Positions 45,686 to 55,919 of a stretch of 64,000 nt of DNA are shown here, piece after piece. Position numbers and translations under genes: made by a program. A model generated the notes under the pieces. It had not been told where the DNA came from. It saw only the letters and a list, made by a program, of their open reading frames with translations, and ran no database searches. Position 1 is the first letter of the stretch. Every line of letters begins with the position of its first letter. Origin of the DNA: Candidatus Heimdallarchaeota archaeon (GTDB lineage: Archaea; Asgardarchaeota; Heimdallarchaeia; Heimdallarchaeales; Heimdallarchaeaceae); assembly GCA_021399345.1 (NCBI GenBank), contig JAAFKI010000045.1, positions 191,965 to 255,964 on the forward strand, in the 5' to 3' direction.

Positions 45686-46823
45686 AAAAGTAGACAGAAT
45701 TCAAGCGATTTTAGATAAACATAATGTTGATGGATGGATAGTTTTCTGCCATCATTCTCATGATATTCATCAAAAATATTTACATGAAAAATGGATCTCA
45801 TCAGCTACTTTGACTCTTATACCAAAAACAGGAAGACCCTCTGTTATCACATCAAGAATGGAAGAAATGCTTGTAGATGAAAAAACCTATGATATTAAAG
45901 CTTACAAGCAAGGGAATGAATTTACAGAATTGGTAGGTAAACTATTCAAAGATATTTCAGATAACTCAATAATTGCACTTAATTTTGTTGAAGAGAAAGA
46001 AGTGTTTGCGAAACTAAATTACGATATTTTAACGAGTGGAGCTTTCAAAGCTCTAACTGGTCAGAACAAAAACCTGAATTATATTTCAGCTAAAGAAATC
46101 ATTTATGATATAAGAGCTGTCAAAACCAAGAAAGAAATTGAAAATCATAAAATTTCAGCTAAACTTGCAGAAGAGTTGATGGAAAATGTTGTTGAACCAT
46201 TGATTAAAACCGGCATGATGGAAAAGGAGTTAGCAGCACTAATCGAATTTGAATGTAATAAAAGAGGTGGAGTAGCCTTTGAACCTATAGTAGCCTCAGG
46301 TCCTAATGCAGCTATACCTCACCATAAAGCGGGAACTGGTAAAATTAAAGAAAATCAAGTTCTTCTAATCGATTATGGAGTTGCTTATGATATGTCCAAT
46401 TCTGATATTACACATACATACTGGATTGGTAGCAATCCGAACGAAGAAGTTCTTAGAGCTTATGAAGCAGTTCACGAAGCAAAGGAAGCAGCTTATACTA
46501 TAATCAAAGCAGGAATTCCTTCAGATATCGTTGAAAAAGCTGTAAGAGACAAATTTGAAGAATTTGGTTATGACCATGAAAAGTTATACATTCATTCTAC
46601 AGGACATCCAATTGGTATTGAAACTCATGATATCGGCGTAGGTATTAGTAAGTCGTATCCTGAGAGACCAGCTCAAAACTTACTAGAGAATTCAGTAATT
46701 ACTGTAGAACCAGGGTTATACTTTGCTGGTGAATTTGGCGTACGTCTAGAAGATGATTGTATTGTGACAAAAGAGGGAGTAATAAGACTTTCAAACACAC
46801 CAAAAGATATCGTGTGTTTATGA
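45678..46823 (+). CDS. Xaa-Pro aminopeptidase (M24B)
   Basis: RAVKT, IPHH, IDYG, SDIT, HSTGH.IG.ETHD, TVEPG, RLEDD. Confidence 0.92.
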   Translation: MNEKVDRIQAILDKHNVDGWIVFCHHSHDIHQKYLHEKWISSATLTLIPKTGRPSVITSRMEEMLVDEKTYDIKAYKQGNEFTELVGKLFKDISDNSIIALNFVEEKEVFAKLNYDILTSGAFKALTGQNKNLNYISAKEIIYDIRAVKTKKEIENHKISAKLAEELMENVVEPLIKTGMMEKELAALIEFECNKRGGVAFEPIVASGPNAAIPHHKAGTGKIKENQVLLIDYGVAYDMSNSDITHTYWIGSNPNEEVLRAYEAVHEAKEAAYTIIKAGIPSDIVEKAVRDKFEEFGYDHEKLYIHSTGHPIGIETHDIGVGISKSYPERPAQNLLENSVITVEPGLYFAGEFGVRLEDDCIVTKEGVIRLSNTPKDIVCL

Positions 46824-46844
46824 AGTTTTGTCTTTTTATCTTTT

Positions 46845-47912
46845 CTAAGGTTTCTCATAACCCCAACGATCGATTGTTTCATGCCATTTTGAGTAGATGA
46901 GTTCTTTATCTTTCTTCGAAATTTTGTAATCCCCTACTTTATAATCATTTAGGGAATCCAAATAAATTTGAATTTTATCTCTTATTAGTTCAAAATCTCC
47001 CAAATTAAGTTGATCAAATATTTTTACTAATTCTCCCATTGGGTTCGAAATTAGATTTTCGTATTTAACTTCTATTAATTGTTCTTTGGGAATAGAATCA
47101 AAGTCTTGGTAGTATTTTTCATACATCTCTAAATACAAATCGAAAATAAAATCTTCCAGCTCATATTCTGGTTTTTGTAGCCAGAACAAGTGAGTATTAG
47201 TTTTATGGAGTTTAACGGTTGAAAAGAAGACTTTGTATGGATTTCTGTAAATATTGATAAATTTAGCATTAGGAAAGATTTCTAAGACAAGCTTAACTCT
47301 ATGAGTATCCAGAGGATTTTTGAGTAAAAGCTGTTTTCCTCCTTCTTTTAATGTTAATTTTTTTAGATAAAACAAGAAGGTTTCTTTCCATTTATTAATT
47401 TCAGTTTCAGTAGCTTTCTCGAATGTACCGTACTTAAGATATCGTTCTCTGTTTCTTGGAAAAAACAAACCAGTTTGTGGAGAAAGCAAGCAAAGATCAA
47501 CTATAGGAAAATCATGCTCTTGAGGTGTGGTTATATCCATGGACATATTGTCCATGGGTCTAGTTTCAGGAATAAGGGGTTTCATTAGTGATGAAATTAA
47601 CTTGAAACTACCTAGCATTAGATGAGGAAATGTAGCTTCAATTAAATCCGAGTAGCCATATTTTTCATCAAGAAGTAAAAGATTTTGTAAATGAGTAGTT
47701 CCTGTCCGCCAATGACCGATTATGAAAATGGGGTCTTCCTTGATTCCTGTTTTTCTGACCTTTCGATTAAATCTTAAATGTTCATAGATGGTTAGAGGAG
47801 TAAATAAAGCTGTAACTAATGTTATTGCAAGAGTTCTTGGAATATACTTCCAACTGATGTTGAATTTATTTTCCCAGAGTAATTTTAACCACACTTTTAG
47901 ACTAGCACCCAT
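46845..47912 (-). CDS. PAPS-dependent sulfotransferase family protein
   Basis: IIGHWRTGTTHL PSB loop, RPMDNM, LKNP, YRNP..F.S, YENL. Confidence 0.85.
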   Translation of the reverse strand: MGASLKVWLKLLWENKFNISWKYIPRTLAITLVTALFTPLTIYEHLRFNRKVRKTGIKEDPIFIIGHWRTGTTHLQNLLLLDEKYGYSDLIEATFPHLMLGSFKLISSLMKPLIPETRPMDNMSMDITTPQEHDFPIVDLCLLSPQTGLFFPRNRERYLKYGTFEKATETEINKWKETFLFYLKKLTLKEGGKQLLLKNPLDTHRVKLVLEIFPNAKFINIYRNPYKVFFSTVKLHKTNTHLFWLQKPEYELEDFIFDLYLEMYEKYYQDFDSIPKEQLIEVKYENLISNPMGELVKIFDQLNLGDFELIRDKIQIYLDSLNDYKVGDYKISKKDKELIYSKWHETIDRWGYEKP

Positions 47913-48021
47913 AATGAAAATTTAAATCACGACCTAAATTTGGAAATCCTTGTTTCGAGTTTCTTATTTTTTAGGCTTAATAAACCTTATTAGATGACCA
48001 TTTGACCCACATATTTCTAAA

Positions 48022-48046
48022 GATTGCCATAAGTCAATTGGCAATC
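48022..48046. promoter_or_regulatory. Inverted repeat GATTGCCA-N9-TGGCAATC between the divergent sulfotransferase and oapA-like genes
   Basis: Perfect 8-bp arms read directly. Confidence 0.4.
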
Positions 48047-48120
48047 GTAATACGACCGTGTGATGTCCATAATATTTCTTTTTAAGTTAACCAGAGAGTA
48101 AGCTTGTTCAGGTGAAATAA

Positions 48121-48735
48121 TTGTCATGGAGATTATGGCTAAAATCAAAGCCAAAATCAATTAATTTGGGATTCTACGGTGAAGTAAATGCAGGTAAGAC
48201 CACTCTCGCAAACAAAATTGGTGTGGATTGGGCTGATCAGGAAGTTGGGATTGTAAGTGAAATTCCACACGAAACAAGAACAATTCAAAAGCTTGAGAAA
48301 GTTAACTTCTCATCTAGTGGAACTACCTTGGATCTTACATTAATCGATATGCCTGGTATAGCATCCTCAGTAAATCCAAAGGAGTTCATGAAACATGGAC
48401 TTACAGCTGGAGAAGCAATGCAAAGAGCTAAAGAGGCAACTAGAGGAATAGTGGAAGCAATAAAGTTCCTTGAAAATGTAGATGTAGCTCTAGTAGTTAT
48501 CGATGCAGCAAAATCACCGTTTGATCAGGTAAACTTTACCATTATAGGTAATTTGGAGCACCAAAAGAAACCATTCATACTAGTTCCAAATAAAATTGAT
48601 TTACCTGATGTAGACATTCGAGAAGTTAAAGATGCGTTCAGCGAGTATCATGTCATCCCCGTATCTGCGTTACAGGGTTATGGTATAGAACAATTATATG
48701 ATAAAATAGCCGAATTGGCTAGGAAGGTAAGGTGA
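48121..48735 (+). CDS. Era-like GTP-binding protein OapA
   Basis: GEVNAGKTTLAN, IPHETR, DMPG, RAKEATRG, NKID, SAL; AGGTGA SD. Confidence 0.85.
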   Translation: MSWRLWLKSKPKSINLGFYGEVNAGKTTLANKIGVDWADQEVGIVSEIPHETRTIQKLEKVNFSSSGTTLDLTLIDMPGIASSVNPKEFMKHGLTAGEAMQRAKEATRGIVEAIKFLENVDVALVVIDAAKSPFDQVNFTIIGNLEHQKKPFILVPNKIDLPDVDIREVKDAFSEYHVIPVSALQGYGIEQLYDKIAELARKVR

Positions 48736-49091
48736 AGAAAATGAAGTATAGAGTAGATTTTATACCTTTTTCTGAGACTGATGATCTATCATCTGAAGAA
48801 AAAATCAGTTACATCTTATCCAAAGTAATGAGGAACAGCATATTGGTTCTTGAAGATGGACTTTCTCACAGTGAAGAGCTCAATCTTATCTCAAGAACAA
48901 TGAATAAAATTGATTACGGAAACTTTGTAGGTATCAAGATGTTCTCATTTGAGAGCGGAGAAGACTTTAAATGGACAAAACTTTTTGGTAAAGGAACCAA
49001 GAACAAAGGATTTACAGTAGTAGCACCAAATGATGCAGTGTCAGTAATTAAAGATAAAAGAGGTATCTTATCCATAAGAATTAGTGGATAG
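48732..49091 (+). CDS. OapB/DUF2073-like protein
   Basis: EKI..IL..V, ILVLEDGL..EE..LI..TM..ID, FTVVAP; overlaps oapA. Confidence 0.8.
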   Translation: MKKMKYRVDFIPFSETDDLSSEEKISYILSKVMRNSILVLEDGLSHSEELNLISRTMNKIDYGNFVGIKMFSFESGEDFKWTKLFGKGTKNKGFTVVAPNDAVSVIKDKRGILSIRISG

Positions 49092-49101
49092 ATACTTAAC
49101 A

Positions 49102-49596
49102 TTAAACTGCTAAATTTGCTAAAACTTCCTCAAATGTTTTCTCAATGGAAACATCTGTGGAGACAACTCTAACAAGATCTTTACCATATAGTTGCATCAT
49201 GTCGGTCAAAATAATTTCCATTATTTCTGCTTCGATGTTCTCATCAATCTTTGAATCGCTGTAAGAACGTAACATCAGTCTCTGTCGAAGGTTACGAATT
49301 GAACAACGAAATACGATGCATTTTGATACAACAAGGGGAGGGAGTCGCGCTACATGACCATCAATAATAAGTGGGAAGGGAGAGGTATTTTTCTCTATTA
49401 ATTGAGCAAGCTCGGTATTCAGCTTATCATCATCTATTACATAACTTCCTCTTTTTTCATCATAAAATTCGTAAAGTTTCCTATATTCGACAAGCTTTCC
49501 AATATTTATTACTGTATAACCTTCAGCTTCTAGAAGATCAGCAATAGTAGTCTTACCAGTTCCAGGAGTTCCTGTTAGAACTATAGCTTGTTTCAT
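49102..49596 (-). CDS. AK6/Fap7-like adenylate kinase
   Basis: TGTPGTGKTT, DGH, RL..RSY...KIDENIEAE. Confidence 0.9.
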   Translation of the reverse strand: MKQAIVLTGTPGTGKTTIADLLEAEGYTVINIGKLVEYRKLYEFYDEKRGSYVIDDDKLNTELAQLIEKNTSPFPLIIDGHVARLPPLVVSKCIVFRCSIRNLRQRLMLRSYSDSKIDENIEAEIMEIILTDMMQLYGKDLVRVVSTDVSIEKTFEEVLANLAV

Positions 49597-49651
49597 TGGG
49601 ATATAGATTGTAAATGTGATTAAAAGCATTTACAAAAGAAAGATTTGTGTT

Positions 49652-49698
49652 TTTTCTGAATTTTCGGAAAATTCGGAAAATGTATATGTGTTCGAACA
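49652..49698. promoter_or_regulatory. Near-perfect 14-bp inverted repeat plus 10-bp palindrome TGTTCGAACA upstream of the AbrB-arsM operon
   Basis: TTTTCTGAATTTTC-G-GAAAATTCGGAAAA at 49652-49680; TGTTCGAACA at 49689-49698. Confidence 0.55.
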
Positions 49699-49712
49699 TA
49701 TGATATTCTTAG

Positions 49713-50003
49713 GTGCTAAAAGTGAGTGATAAAGGACAAAGTGCAGATTGTTGCAGTTCTAGCAGTGAAGGTTTAGGGTGTTGTCATGTTGAAGGTGTTG
49801 TTCATTTAGACGGTAGAGGACAAATTGTACTTCCTAAAAACCTGAGAGATAAGATGAATTTGAAAGAAGGGGACAAGCTTGTAGTCATAAGTATGAATGA
49901 TAAAGGAAAGATTGCAAGTATTTCATTAATGAAATCCAACAGATTTGATGGTATGGTTAAATTGTCACTCAGACCTATAATGAAAGAAATAATGGAAGAT
50001 TAA
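49713..50003 (+). CDS. AbrB/MazE-type DNA-binding protein with CC motifs (HgcC-like)
   Basis: CC...[32 protein letters not shown]. Confidence 0.8.
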   Translation: MLKVSDKGQSADCCSSSSEGLGCCHVEGVVHLDGRGQIVLPKNLRDKMNLKEGDKLVVISMNDKGKIASISLMKSNRFDGMVKLSLRPIMKEIMED

Positions 50004-50013
50004 GGTGATAAAT

Positions 50014-50964
50014 ATGGCGAATATAGAAAAACAAACTGTTAGAAAAGTTGTTAGAGATCGATATGGCGATGTAGCAAAAAAGAATCTTGAATCTCAAACC
50101 CAAGAGACAAAACCTAGACAATCCTCTTGTTGTGGTAGTGATGCAGAAACTAAACCTCAAGATACAAAAGAAACGCAAGATTCTTCTTGTTGTGGAACTC
50201 CCTCAGTTGAAGAAGTGAGTAAAGCTATTGGATACTCTTTAGAAGAATTAGCTGAAATTCCGGAAGCATCCAATATGGGATTGGGGTGCGGTAATCCTAC
50301 AGCTATTGCAGAAATGAAAGAAGGAGAAGTTGTTTTAGATCTTGGATCAGGAGGAGGACTGGATTGTTTCCTTTCATCTAAGAAAGTAGGATTAACAGGT
50401 AAAGTTATTGGAGTTGATATGACACCAGACATGATTGACTTAGCTAGAGAAAATGCTCGCAAATATGATTATACTAATGTTGAATTTAGACTTGGTGAAA
50501 TTGAAAATCTGCCTGTTGCAGATAATTCTGTTGATGTTATCATCTCCAATTGTGTTATCAATCTATCTCCTGAAAAACAAAGAGTGTTTGATGAAGCATT
50601 CAGAGTTCTGAAACCTGGAGGAAGATTATCTATTTCAGATATAGTACTTCTCAAAGAACTACCAGATTCAATAAGAAACAATGAAGACTTATTAGCAGGA
50701 TGTGTAGCAGGAGCGGAACTAAAAGATAAGTATCTAGAACTCATTAAAAAAGCTGGTTTTGAAAAATTACAAGTTGTAGATAAATCTTCAGGTCTTCTAG
50801 TAGAAAAAGAGTTTGAGGAAGGTATCGATTCGGAACAAGGAGAAAAAGTTCTAGTGATTGACGGACAGCCTATTGATATAGAAGACTATCAAGATATAAA
50901 AGAGGATTTGGATAGTATTGGAGATTCTATCCAAAGCATTACAATTACAGCTTTCAAACCATAA
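50014..50964 (+). CDS. arsM: Arsenite methyltransferase
   Basis: [38 protein letters not shown]. Confidence 0.92.
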   Translation: MANIEKQTVRKVVRDRYGDVAKKNLESQTQETKPRQSSCCGSDAETKPQDTKETQDSSCCGTPSVEEVSKAIGYSLEELAEIPEASNMGLGCGNPTAIAEMKEGEVVLDLGSGGGLDCFLSSKKVGLTGKVIGVDMTPDMIDLARENARKYDYTNVEFRLGEIENLPVADNSVDVIISNCVINLSPEKQRVFDEAFRVLKPGGRLSISDIVLLKELPDSIRNNEDLLAGCVAGAELKDKYLELIKKAGFEKLQVVDKSSGLLVEKEFEEGIDSEQGEKVLVIDGQPIDIEDYQDIKEDLDSIGDSIQSITITAFKP

Positions 50965-50973
50965 GATTGAGGT

Positions 50974-51708
50974 TCATTTAAGAATCTCTTCTGACATCTT
51001 TTTTTTACCAAAAACAGCTTTCCAAATTTTCATCTTCTTTGCTTCTCCAGAGCGTATTTTTTGGAAATTCTCTTTTTGTCTACTAAGCATAATCAGTGAT
51101 ATTCCTATTAGAAGTAATCCTAGAGATAACGGACAAGGAGCCCAAGGCATCAACATGTAAATAGGTAGAAATAAACCTATAACACCTACTAAAGCTGTAA
51201 CCACAATATAGGTGATCGAAGAATAACCAATAATAGTTATAATAACTGGCCAGAGAACAATCCAAAATCCGAGTAAAATAGGGTTAGCGAAAATCAGTGA
51301 AGCCAAAACTACGGTGATTCCTTTCCCCCCAGCAGATAAAAGATAAAGAGGCCAATTATGTCCTAGAATAGCACCCATTCCTGCAACAGTCAAACATAAA
51401 CACCATCGAATGTCAATGAATGGATATATTAGTATGTGACCACCATTTTTTGAGAAATAAAGAATGTTTGCTAGAAAGTAGGGGAGGATAACTGCTGTGA
51501 CTGATCTACTCACATCTAAAAATCCTGCAAAATATGCCCATCTAGAAGATTTAGTTGCTCTGTAAACATTACGTCCGCCTACATTTCCTGAACCAATTTT
51601 TCTTATGTCGTCTCCTGTTTTAAGTTTTGTAACTATCCAACTAAAAGGAATTGATCCGATTAAATATGAACTCAAGAAAACTAGGATATATACAATTGAA
51701 ACGTGCAT
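50974..51708 (-). CDS. plsY: PlsY-family glycerol-3-phosphate acyltransferase-like membrane protein
   Basis: YLIGSIP, DIRKIGSGNVGGRN, GHNWP, GGKG, ENF..I..GE. Confidence 0.8.
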   Translation of the reverse strand: MHVSIVYILVFLSSYLIGSIPFSWIVTKLKTGDDIRKIGSGNVGGRNVYRATKSSRWAYFAGFLDVSRSVTAVILPYFLANILYFSKNGGHILIYPFIDIRWCLCLTVAGMGAILGHNWPLYLLSAGGKGITVVLASLIFANPILLGFWIVLWPVIITIIGYSSITYIVVTALVGVIGLFLPIYMLMPWAPCPLSLGLLLIGISLIMLSRQKENFQKIRSGEAKKMKIWKAVFGKKKMSEEILK

Positions 51709-51786
51709 AACTTCGAAATTGTTCTAACTTGAATAAAAGATTTATGCGTAAGCAAATTTTTATACATCTAATTTTCCCTTAAACCA

Positions 51787-53172
51787 ATGAACAAAGATAT
51801 CTCCCCAAATATATTTCGGGCATATGATATAAGAGGAATTTACAATAAGGATATCTCTCCACCTATAATGTATAAAATAGGTTTAGCCTTTGGAACATAT
51901 GTTAAAAATACATTAAAGGGCAAAGAAGTTGTTGTGGGTAATGAAATACGACAATCTAGTATTCCATTAGTTTATTCTTTTATTTCTGGAGTAACAGCTA
52001 CTGGAATTGATGTAGTTTACGTAGGTACAACAGCATTCGGTCAAACCCTTTATGCGGGGTGGTTTTTAGAAAAGACAGCAACAGCGTTTGTAACTGCAAG
52101 TCATCTTCCACCTGAATGGAATGGAATAAAATTCTATCATTCAGACGGTGTTGGCTTCTCGGAAGAAGAATTAATGAAGATTAGAGATATAACTATAGAT
52201 GCAAAATATTCTATGGTGGAATGGGGAGAAATTGGATGTTCAATTCCCTATGAAATTAAGGAAAAATATGAGAAGTTCTTCAAACAAAAATTCATTTTTA
52301 CAGAAAAAATGAAAGTTGCATTAGATTGTGGAGGTGGTAGTACCACATTATCAGCTCCAGAAATTTTTTCATCTTTGGGAATTGAGATTACAAAAATCTA
52401 TTGTGAAACTGACCCTACTTTCTCAGGAAGACCATCTGATCCTAAACCAAAAAATCTAACTGAATTGGTTAAAGCTGTTACAAATAATGGATGTAATTTT
52501 GGCGTAGCATTTGATGGAGATGGAGATAGAGCTGTAATAGTAGATGATTTGGGAAGAATTCTCTCGGCAGATCAAACAGGAATAATTATTGGTCAGTATG
52601 GTTTATCTAAGAAAGAAGGGACAATTATTGCAAACGTAGAATGTTCAAAATCTGTAGCCGAACAACTTGAACCTTTAGGTTATCGAGTAAAACAGATTCC
52701 TGTTGGGCACACCTTTTTGACAATCGAAGCAAAAAACGAAAAATCTCCCTTGGGTGTTGAATCTAGTGGTCATATTATTTTACCTGAATATTTCCTCTTT
52801 GATGATGCACTTGTCACACCCCTTAAGATTGCAGAAATACTTAATAGAGAAAAGATAAGATTGTCAACTTTAGTGGATAAAATTCCAACGTATCCCCTAA
52901 GAAAGGAAGAAATTCATTGCGAAGATGATATCAAATTTGCTGCAGTAGATTTACTAAAGAAGAAATTGCTATCAAAATATGAGGATATTAATACTATGGA
53001 TGGGATTAGAATCAACTTGAAAGAAGGCTGGGTTCTAATTAGACCATCTAACACATCACCTGTAATTAGAATGACAATTGAAGCAGATAATGAGGAAACA
53101 ATAGAAGAACTAGCAATTGAATTTAAAGGAAAACTTATGGAATCAATAATTGAGATTCAAGCACGAAGGTGA
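51787..53172 (+). CDS. Phosphomannomutase/phosphoglucomutase
   Basis: FRAYDIRG, TASH, FDGDGDR, GVESSGH, RPSNT. Confidence 0.93.
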   Translation: MNKDISPNIFRAYDIRGIYNKDISPPIMYKIGLAFGTYVKNTLKGKEVVVGNEIRQSSIPLVYSFISGVTATGIDVVYVGTTAFGQTLYAGWFLEKTATAFVTASHLPPEWNGIKFYHSDGVGFSEEELMKIRDITIDAKYSMVEWGEIGCSIPYEIKEKYEKFFKQKFIFTEKMKVALDCGGGSTTLSAPEIFSSLGIEITKIYCETDPTFSGRPSDPKPKNLTELVKAVTNNGCNFGVAFDGDGDRAVIVDDLGRILSADQTGIIIGQYGLSKKEGTIIANVECSKSVAEQLEPLGYRVKQIPVGHTFLTIEAKNEKSPLGVESSGHIILPEYFLFDDALVTPLKIAEILNREKIRLSTLVDKIPTYPLRKEEIHCEDDIKFAAVDLLKKKLLSKYEDINTMDGIRINLKEGWVLIRPSNTSPVIRMTIEADNEETIEELAIEFKGKLMESIIEIQARR

Positions 53173-53176
53173 AAAA

Positions 53177-53617
53177 ATGGCTCTTCCAGATTTAGAATTC
53201 TATTGTCCATATACGGACAATTGTTATGAATGCTGTTTAGAAACAGAAATGCCCCTAGGAGAAAAAGACATAACAAGAATTGAAAAATTAGGATTCCAAA
53301 TTGATGAGTTTCTAGTAGAAAAGGAAGGATTTATGGTTTTAAGAAACATAGATAACCAATGTTTCTTTCTAAAAGATAAAAGATGTTCTATCTATGAGGA
53401 TAGACCAGAAGGATGTAGATACTATCCTTTGATTTACGACCTTGAAACAGATGAATTTGTTATTGATAATTTATGTACTCATTTTCATGATTTTAATCCA
53501 AGTATCTATCAACCACTTCATGAACCCATCAGATATTTTATTTACATGCTTTTAAGTGAAAAAGAGATACGACTTGAAAAAACAAGAGAGGAAGAAAGAA
53601 GAAGAGATGAAATTTAG
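53177..53617 (+). CDS. YkgJ (CxxCxxCC) cysteine-cluster protein
   Basis: C...NCYECC, CFFL..RCSIYEDRPEGCRYYP. Confidence 0.88.
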   Translation: MALPDLEFYCPYTDNCYECCLETEMPLGEKDITRIEKLGFQIDEFLVEKEGFMVLRNIDNQCFFLKDKRCSIYEDRPEGCRYYPLIYDLETDEFVIDNLCTHFHDFNPSIYQPLHEPIRYFIYMLLSEKEIRLEKTREEERRRDEI

Positions 53618-53683
53618 ACTAACCGTGGAATTTATCCTCCAACAGCTTCGACAGAAAATAAAAGGAGAAGAGTTGGAAAATAT

Positions 53684-54610
53684 TCACAAATCTTCTATTT
53701 TATGCCATAATTTGATTAGATCTTTAGAGCCGCCAACAAAACCTGTTCTTTGATGTAGATAGTGCATTGATGTAAGTTTGTTTACGTCTAAGGGTTTTAT
53801 ATCCTTATACCTAATTTCGTGTCCATCGGCAGTTATGTAGAATCCTTCTCCATTAACTTTAGACAAAATATAAAGATAAGGAACAATTTCATAACAGAAC
53901 CTAAGTTTAGGTGCAAAGTAACCAAAAACACCTGTTTTTTCAAAAACATTATTCATGTCTTGGACCATACAGCCACCATATCTGTTCTTTCCTTTAATAT
54001 CTAGTGCGTCAACGAAAAGTTTCTGCTTTGCTGAATGGTCATTATACTTCCCTCCAAGTCCGAACACTGGATTTTTACTGGGGCTAATATTTAAAGTATC
54101 TCTTACTACTCGAAACGACTCTCCATCATGAATAAATTGAATGAACCCTAGATCTGTCGCTAAATCAAATCGCAAAAATAATGTGTAACTTACTGTTAAA
54201 GCAGCAATAGTATACCCCTCTTGATCAATTACATTAACAATTGCTCCTGGACTTCGTGTCCTAACAATAGAAGAACCATCAATAAAATCACCTAAAATAA
54301 TAAATTCACCTGTTCCTTCCATTATATTATTTTCATCTGTTTCTTCACCTAATAAGAGAGAGTAAAGATTATTGGGAATTCTTTGCATAAATAGTTCCTG
54401 TGTGGCAACATCTAGGCTTAGCTGTTCATCTCCAGATACATTAATGATACCAGAATAATCATCTTCTCCTAGAAGAAATGTTAGAATTTGTTTTGGTACA
54501 TCCAAACTTATATTGATAATCTCTCTCAGTATTTCTCTGAGAGATTCAGGTTGAATTTCCTCAAGATATGCTTCTAGTGTATGATATTTTATTACAGACA
54601 TTTTTTTCAA
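53684..54610 (-). CDS. Class I fructose-1,6-bisphosphatase (divergent)
   Basis: NVSGDEQLSLDV, GEE, DFIDGSS, RYGGCMVQD, KLRFCYE. Confidence 0.75.
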   Translation of the reverse strand: MKKMSVIKYHTLEAYLEEIQPESLREILREIINISLDVPKQILTFLLGEDDYSGIINVSGDEQLSLDVATQELFMQRIPNNLYSLLLGEETDENNIMEGTGEFIILGDFIDGSSIVRTRSPGAIVNVIDQEGYTIAALTVSYTLFLRFDLATDLGFIQFIHDGESFRVVRDTLNISPSKNPVFGLGGKYNDHSAKQKLFVDALDIKGKNRYGGCMVQDMNNVFEKTGVFGYFAPKLRFCYEIVPYLYILSKVNGEGFYITADGHEIRYKDIKPLDVNKLTSMHYLHQRTGFVGGSKDLIKLWHKIEDL

Positions 54611-54613
54611 ATC

Positions 54614-55786
54614 CTAGTATGTATTTGTTAGAAAATTATCTAACATATATTTAAGGCAAAGAGTTGCAGTATTTTCCATTTTCAAGGCTTTGATAAAATC
54701 GTTCATATCTGATTCAGCTTTCACAATTATTGCTTGTTTGGTGGTCTCACTAATATTTTCAACGTCTTCAAAAAATTCTTTCCAAGCGTACTTAGAATTC
54801 TTTGCGAATGTTTTATGTTCGTCTACATCGGGTTTCCCATATTTATCTAACACCCAAGCACGTATTTTGGCTAATAGTTCAGGTTCACGTTCTTTGAGAA
54901 TATCTTGTACTAGTCTTTGCCAAAAAGTACCTATATTCCCTTTTGTTATAATTCCATGTGGAAAGGTTGAAGCTATTACCTCAACAGGGGTGCCTGTGAT
55001 TCCATGCTGGGCTATTCTAGTGCTTATTCCCAATTTCTTGAATTCATTTACTATCTCAACAGTTCTCTGAACATTAATCCCTAGCTGTGGAACGACTTTA
55101 CCTTCAGTATCAACACTTACACCATGTGTGGAGCCATTTGCTATTGCTAGATAATCTATTATGACGTCATTCTTAATTAAAGATGAAACATAGTGAACAG
55201 CTTCTTCAACTGTTGTAAACTCTGTAATTCCAATTTCCCCAACTTCTCCTTCAAGCCCATATGGTTTTTCACCCATCATTTCTTTAAGGAACTCAAATAA
55301 TACAAGACCTTTTGATAAAATATTGCTCAATTGACCATTTACTGTATTTTCATCTCTGTTAAAGAGAAAAGATGTATCTATGGCGTAACCAGTAAATCCT
55401 GCTTCAACTCGAGCTTTGATTTCTTTTATTAGATTAGCTGTTTCTTCATCAGTACCTTTCTTTAAGGTTAAATGATCAGCATGTAATGAATAGGCAAACC
55501 ATTTCTCTTTTTCTGCTGCAGCTTTACAGCGTTGAGCAAATTTCTCTGGAGTATAGCCAGTGTATCCTCCACTGAGTGACATTTCACTTAAAGCTAGTTC
55601 AAATATAACTACAGATTTTGATTGCTTTGCAGCTCTCAATATTCCACTGATAACTTCCTCAGTAGCACGAGGATTTATTGCAGCAATAATGGTTTCTACT
55701 CCCTCAACACCCTTAGCAATATAACTCAATGGCAAAGGATTCCGAGGCGTTTCAAAATAAGCGATAACTTCATTTTCAGAATTCAT
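54614..55786 (-). CDS. Class II fructose-bisphosphate aldolase
   Basis: HADH, EGEVGEIG, AIANGSTHG, AQHGITG, KGNIGT. Confidence 0.88.
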   Translation of the reverse strand: MNSENEVIAYFETPRNPLPLSYIAKGVEGVETIIAAINPRATEEVISGILRAAKQSKSVVIFELALSEMSLSGGYTGYTPEKFAQRCKAAAEKEKWFAYSLHADHLTLKKGTDEETANLIKEIKARVEAGFTGYAIDTSFLFNRDENTVNGQLSNILSKGLVLFEFLKEMMGEKPYGLEGEVGEIGITEFTTVEEAVHYVSSLIKNDVIIDYLAIANGSTHGVSVDTEGKVVPQLGINVQRTVEIVNEFKKLGISTRIAQHGITGTPVEVIASTFPHGIITKGNIGTFWQRLVQDILKEREPELLAKIRAWVLDKYGKPDVDEHKTFAKNSKYAWKEFFEDVENISETTKQAIIVKAESDMNDFIKALKMENTATLCLKYMLDNFLTNTY

Positions 55787-55919
55787 CTAACTACCCGTGG
55801 AACAATTGAATGATGGGTATTAAGAATTTATTTGTGTATCATTAGAGTAAAATTATACATATTCGAAACAAATAGTAGAATTTTATAAGTAGTCATTACA
55901 TTATATTTAATAGAATCAA

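Noticed and set aside
47913-48120. Replication origin next to oapA
   Set aside because: No ORB consensus repeats and no cdc6/orc1 gene are visible
49713-50003. Mercury methylation locus or toxin-antitoxin pair
   Set aside because: No hgcA/hgcB or toxin gene is adjacent; the neighbour is arsM
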